Below, in pieces: positions 59,954-64,000 of a stretch of 64,000 bases of DNA. Numbering within the stretch: the stretch's first letter is position 1; each line of letters opens with the position of its first letter. Below the pieces are notes generated by a model. That model had not been told where the DNA came from and ran no database searches. It saw only the letters and a list, made by a program, of their open reading frames with translations. Source of the stretch: a virus. The translations under genes and the position numbers were made by a program. Where the stretch lies: the IMG/VR virus record IMGVR_UViG_3300023184_008416, positions 64,001 to 128,000 of that record, one strand, 5' to 3'.

Positions 59954-60748
59954 ATGTCAGAAATTACAGAATCTACAGGTCTTAACAAAGTCAACTTTGG
60001 AACCTATGGCAAACACTTTCAAGAGTGTGTCATGGCGGGTCTGCTCACAGACAATAGATGGGCAGAGCAAATGATGGAAGTATTTGATACAGAATATTTT
60101 GAACTCAAATACCTTCGATTCTTGGCCGAGAAGTACTTTGCTTATTCTCGCAAATACAAGGTTTTTCCTACCTTACAACTTCTTGCAACAATTATTAGAG
60201 AGGATCTAAAGACGGGATCAGACGCTCTTTTGCGTGATCAGATCATCGATTATTTGACTCGAATCAGAGCCAATCCGATGACCAACGACATGCAATATGC
60301 CAAAGAAAAATCTCTTGATTTTTGCAAGAAACAAGCCTTGAAGCATGCGTTGGAAACTGCAGTGGATCAGATGCAGGCAGAAAAATACGAGTCAATCGTT
60401 GAGACCATTCGTCGAGCAGTCTCTGTTGGAACAGTCCCCGCAGTTGGACATGATTTTTTGAATGACATGGAGGCACGGTTCACTCGACAAAAAAGAGACA
60501 CCATTCCAACTGGATTGGCTGAACTTGACAAGAAAGAAATTTTTAACGGTGGTTCCGGTAAAGGAGAGCTGTACTGTGTGATTGGTTCAACCGGGGCAGG
60601 AAAGTGTAGTGTACGTGATACTTATATTCACGTCAGATACACAACAATCAAAATCAATGGAAAATCCTACAAGCCTTGGGACAAGATCAGAACCCAAAGA
60701 GGCGAAATTTTTGTAAGAGACATCGTCAAATCAGACGAGCTCCTGTAA
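59954..60748 (+). CDS. Replicative helicase (DnaB/gp41-like), N-terminal half fused to an N-intein
   Basis: IPTGLAELD...GELYCVIGSTGAGK, then CSVRDTYI (intein block A), then a stop. Confidence 0.88.
   Translation: MSEITESTGLNKVNFGTYGKHFQECVMAGLLTDNRWAEQMMEVFDTEYFELKYLRFLAEKYFAYSRKYKVFPTLQLLATIIREDLKTGSDALLRDQIIDYLTRIRANPMTNDMQYAKEKSLDFCKKQALKHALETAVDQMQAEKYESIVETIRRAVSVGTVPAVGHDFLNDMEARFTRQKRDTIPTGLAELDKKEIFNGGSGKGELYCVIGSTGAGKCSVRDTYIHVRYTTIKINGKSYKPWDKIRTQRGEIFVRDIVKSDELL
60605..60745 (+). mobile_element. Split intein, N fragment (47 aa)
   Basis: Cys1 directly follows the Walker A lysine. C-x-x-x-D-T-x-I block A pattern. Confidence 0.82.
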
Positions 60749-61853
60749 CAAATGTGTTTATTGTGATAGGACTTATGTTTCCCACAGCGGATTGGTAAGT
60801 CATCTAAGAAAGAAGCATGGACAAACTTATCGAGATTACAGGACACAAAATGGAATTTTGACAAAACGTCAGCAAAATCCTGCAAAAAACACAGTTAGAG
60901 AGAAAATGAAACAACGGCAGCAGGAATTATTTCAGCAAGGGCTCGCTGAAGGTTTATCTCCTATGAAGTGTTTAATTTGTGGTTTTGAGTCGATGTTTAC
61001 GTTGATTAGTCATATTTCTATGAAACATCAAATTACTACCGATGTCTATAGGGAAAAATTTGGTATTGAAAAAATACAACAAATTTTGCCATCGCAGAGA
61101 CAAGTTATAAGATCAATTGTAAAAGAAGCAATGAACAGGCCTGACGTCAAGGAGAGAGTTGCTTTGAAAAGGTCGTTTCCATCCGAGAAAAAGCATTGGC
61201 TTAATAAAGGTTTTACAGATGATGAGGCATCGAAAAAAGTCTCTGAATTTCAAAGAAGCATGGCTCTTCGAGCCGATGAGGAAACAAGAGCAAAATTATC
61301 GCAAAAGTCTCGTGGTAAAAATAATCCAATGTCAATTGAGTCAATCGCAAAAAGACACGGAGTTTCCCACGAAGAAGCGCGGCTTCTTACTCCGGCATGT
61401 GGTAGGTCTGGAGAATTACATCCAATGTGGGGGAAACGTCACACGCAAGAATCTTTGGAAAAGATTGCCTCATCTCGGCACCTCACAGATCCGACGTGGA
61501 GATCAAAACCAGAAATTCAGCTTGAGGAATGGTGTAAGTCTGTGTTCGGTGAATCTCAGGTGAAGGCAAACACAAAGATTAGCAGGTGGAATATTGACAT
61601 CCTCATTCAGGAAAAAAAGTTAATTGTTGAATTGTTTGGAGATTTTTGGCACATGAATCCTGACAAATTTTTGGAAACTGACGTCAATAAAATCACCAAT
61701 AAGGTAGCAAAAGAAATATGGCAGCACGATCTTAAAAAACTTGAATATCTGAAGACAAATGGTTACAATGTTTTAGTGGTGTGGGAACGTGACTGGAAGT
61801 TAAACCAGGAGCAGACAAAGGAAAGAATAAAAGATGCTTACAATCGAGTTTGA
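60717..61853 (+). CDS. Free-standing zinc-finger + Vsr/DUF559-like endonuclease (start uncertain)
   Basis: Two C2H2-type fingers, HPMWGKRHTQES (NUMOD3-like) and SKPE...IDILI...VELFGDFWH...D...GYNVLVVWE. Frame is open from 60717; the first canonical start is TTG 60792. Confidence 0.8.
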   Translation, partial: ETSSNQTSSCNKCVYCDRTYVSHSGLVSHLRKKHGQTYRDYRTQNGILTKRQQNPAKNTVREKMKQRQQELFQQGLAEGLSPMKCLICGFESMFTLISHISMKHQITTDVYREKFGIEKIQQILPSQRQVIRSIVKEAMNRPDVKERVALKRSFPSEKKHWLNKGFTDDEASKKVSEFQRSMALRADEETRAKLSQKSRGKNNPMSIESIAKRHGVSHEEARLLTPACGRSGELHPMWGKRHTQESLEKIASSRHLTDPTWRSKPEIQLEEWCKSVFGESQVKANTKISRWNIDILIQEKKLIVELFGDFWHMNPDKFLETDVNKITNKVAKEIWQHDLKKLEYLKTNGYNVLVVWERDWKLNQEQTKERIKDAYNRV

Positions 61854-62316
61854 CAGTGTGGAAGAACAGATTAAAATCGGTGATTTGTTTGACCAAATTG
61901 GATTTGAACAAACATCACGTCCCACCGACGATTCTGGTGACTCATTCATCAAGAACGATTGGTCAATTGAAGCGCTTTCACTGGATGGGTATTATCCTGT
62001 AGAAGGTTTTCGATGGACAAAACCGGAACGTAAGATGCAGATCGCTCACAGGAGCATCAACCCATTTATCTTGGAGGATCAAATTCCGACTCTCGACTGC
62101 TCACCAGAGCACCTGCTTTTAAAGAGGGTCTCTGAGACTGAGTTTCAATGGGTGGAAGCCAAGACGTTACTTGAAAATGATGTCATTGTTGGATCCTTTG
62201 GTTCTTTAAGAAAAGTTGTCTGTGCATTACCTCTCGATCAAGCTGATGAACGACTCTGTGATTTGCAGGTGTCAATTGCACACTCGTATATGACAAATGG
62301 TATCTTGTCTCATAAC
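61834..62316 (+). mobile_element. Split intein, C fragment (161 aa)
   Basis: IKIGDL, block B CSPEH, WVEAKTL, and blocks F/G LCDLQV...HSYMTNGILSHN followed by Ser. Confidence 0.88.
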
Positions 62317-63111
62317 TCTCACTTTTTGACAATGATTGGGGCCAATGCCCTGCAGGACGGCCGCAATGTTTTGCATTACACCTTTGAATTATCTGAAACT
62401 TCTGTCGGAACCCGGTACGATTCCAACCTTTGTGATATAGATTCCAATGAGGTGATGGATCGTAAAGAAGAGGTCAAATCATCCTATGAGAAGATGAAGT
62501 TAGGTCGACTGTTCATTAAAGAATACCCAACTAATTCTGCATCCATTTTTACCCTTAGAGCTCACATTGAACGTTTGGATTTGAAAGGATTCAAACCCGA
62601 TATTATCATTATTGACTATGCCGACATCATGAGATCAACACGCCAGTATGATTCTTTGAGACATGAGTTGAAATTGGTGTACGAAGAGTTACGTGCTATG
62701 GCAATGGAACTAGGAGTACCTGTTTGGACAGCGTCTCAATCAAACAAAGAAGGTGCCAATAGCGATGTTATTGATGTTACTAACATGAGCGAGGCATATG
62801 GCAAAGCGATGATTTGCGATGCTATCGTGACAATTTCTAGAAAGGCTCATGAGAAATCAACGGGATGGGGTCGATTATTTGTCGCTAAAAACCGTGCAGG
62901 CAGAGATGGATTAGTTTATCCAGTGCAGATTAACACGGCTCGGTCCAAGTTTACCATTGTGGGTAATGCGGGAAGCCCAGAACAAGTGTCTGCAGAAAAT
63001 GACGCAGAAATGAAAAAAGCCTTACGAGATAAATGGAGAGAGTTACAAAGTGAAATGTCTTTTATTCCGTCAACAAAAGGCGAGTTACCTAGAACAGGAA
63101 CAGATAGTTAA
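61834..63111 (+). CDS. C-intein fused to the replicative helicase C-terminal half
   Basis: After SHN come SHFL, VLHYTFELSE, IKEYPT, IIIDYADIM (Walker B), WTASQSN and KNRAGRDG. Confidence 0.9.
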   Translation: MLTIEFDSVEEQIKIGDLFDQIGFEQTSRPTDDSGDSFIKNDWSIEALSLDGYYPVEGFRWTKPERKMQIAHRSINPFILEDQIPTLDCSPEHLLLKRVSETEFQWVEAKTLLENDVIVGSFGSLRKVVCALPLDQADERLCDLQVSIAHSYMTNGILSHNSHFLTMIGANALQDGRNVLHYTFELSETSVGTRYDSNLCDIDSNEVMDRKEEVKSSYEKMKLGRLFIKEYPTNSASIFTLRAHIERLDLKGFKPDIIIIDYADIMRSTRQYDSLRHELKLVYEELRAMAMELGVPVWTASQSNKEGANSDVIDVTNMSEAYGKAMICDAIVTISRKAHEKSTGWGRLFVAKNRAGRDGLVYPVQINTARSKFTIVGNAGSPEQVSAENDAEMKKALRDKWRELQSEMSFIPSTKGELPRTGTDS

Positions 63112-63132
63112 GAACCTCCGGAGTGTGATACA

Positions 63133-64000
63133 ATGATTACATACACAAGAGATGAAGCATTTGCAACATCATTGAAGTATTTCAATGGTGACGAATTGGC
63201 AAGTTCCGTATTCATCGACAAATACGCATTAAAAGACTTGTCAGGAAAGCTCTTGGAACTGACTCCATCCGACATGCATCGTCGTTTGGCAAAGGAATTT
63301 GCTAGAGTCGAGAAGAAATATCCCAATCCGCTGTCTGAGAAGGAAATCTTTTGTTTGTTGGCAGATGTCAGCCATCTTGATGCGACCCAAATCGAGAAGA
63401 TGTCTATCGATGAGTTGGCCGCCGAGTCTAGAGGATTGGGAGCCGTTATTCCCCAGGGGTCTCCCATGTCGGCGATTGGTAACGATTTTCAATACCAGTC
63501 TTTGTCCAATTGCTTTGTAATTCAGTCACCATACGATTCATACGCTGGCATCCTTAAGGCTGATCAAGAGCAAGCGCAGATCATGAAGCGCCGCGGCGGA
63601 GTTGGTTTTGACATCTCTACCATTCGACCAAAAGGTATCGTCACCGCCAATGCGGCTCGCACCACCGATGGCATCGGCGTATTCATGGAGAGGTTTTCCA
63701 ATACGTGTCGAGAAGTTGCGCAAGGTGGAAGAAGGGGTGCTTTGATGCTTACCATCGATGTTCATCATCCCGAGATTCGCACCTTTATTAACATTAAACG
63801 TGACCTAAAGAAGGTTACTGGCGCCAACATCTCCATTCGCCTCTCCGATGAATTCATGCAGGCCGTGAAGGATGGGACCAAAGTTCAACTCAGGTTCCCA
63901 GTTGAAAAGGATGTCAAACACTCCATCGAAGAGATGGTAGACGCCAAGCAACTTTGGCACGAGATTATTGAGGCAGCGTGGGCTTCAGCAGAACCTGGTC
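63133..64000 (+). CDS. nrdJ: Class II (B12-dependent) ribonucleotide reductase, 3' end outside the window
   Basis: Hand translation from ATG 63133 gives KYALKD...PQGSPM...SLSNCFVI...MKRRGGVGFDISTIRPKG...VAQGGRRGALML...TGANIS...AWASAEPG. Missing from the ORF track because it has no stop in the window. Confidence 0.88.
   Translation, partial: MITYTRDEAFATSLKYFNGDELASSVFIDKYALKDLSGKLLELTPSDMHRRLAKEFARVEKKYPNPLSEKEIFCLLADVSHLDATQIEKMSIDELAAESRGLGAVIPQGSPMSAIGNDFQYQSLSNCFVIQSPYDSYAGILKADQEQAQIMKRRGGVGFDISTIRPKGIVTANAARTTDGIGVFMERFSNTCREVAQGGRRGALMLTIDVHHPEIRTFINIKRDLKKVTGANISIRLSDEFMQAVKDGTKVQLRFPVEKDVKHSIEEMVDAKQLWHEIIEAAWASAEPG

Noticed and set aside
60748-61834. Group I intron explaining the helicase interruption
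   Set aside because: The interval is fully occupied by overlapping ORFs, leaving no room for a ribozyme core, and intein termini (Cys...His-Asn/Ser) account for the junction.
1-64000. Stop-codon reassignment, as seen in some large phages
   Set aside because: Conserved genes are full length in the standard code and end in TAA, TGA or TAG. The helicase break involves frame changes and intein motifs, not an in-frame stop.
1-64000. tRNA, rRNA, or reverse-transcriptase systems (DGR, retron)
   Set aside because: No cloverleaf or RT motifs were recognised by eye and intergenic gaps are short. tRNAscan-SE and Infernal were not run.

Overview
A 64 kb, gene-dense segment of a large tailed dsDNA phage with T4-like (myovirus) morphogenesis genes, read in the standard genetic code and almost all on the + strand. 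Positions 1-8.7 kb hold the head module: portal (5' end outside the window), prohead protease, scaffold and major capsid protein. Positions 8.8-23 kb are accessory: homing-type endonucleases, fibre/decoration proteins including a collagen-like one, a J-domain protein and a gp4-like nuclease. Positions 23-54 kb carry an endolysin, neck proteins, two tandem tail sheaths, tail tube, chaperone, tape measure and baseplate. Positions 54-64 kb are replication genes: a short PolA-like protein, an HD hydrolase, SSB, RecA/UvsX, dUTPase, a 5'-3' exonuclease, a DnaB/gp41-like helicase and a class II ribonucleotide reductase (3' end outside the window). The strongest observation is that the helicase is fractured inside its Walker A motif by an atypically split intein (47 aa N part, 161 aa C part), with a free-standing zinc-finger/Vsr-like endonuclease gene between the halves. 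Other notable signals are a candidate +1 frameshift in the tail chaperone, a recurrent ATA(C/T/A)TTA late-promoter-like motif, many apparently leaderless genes, shared terminal peptide motifs among putative internal head proteins, and two C-rich to G-rich strand-skew switches beside endonuclease genes. All functional calls come from motif recognition by eye; no database searches were run.
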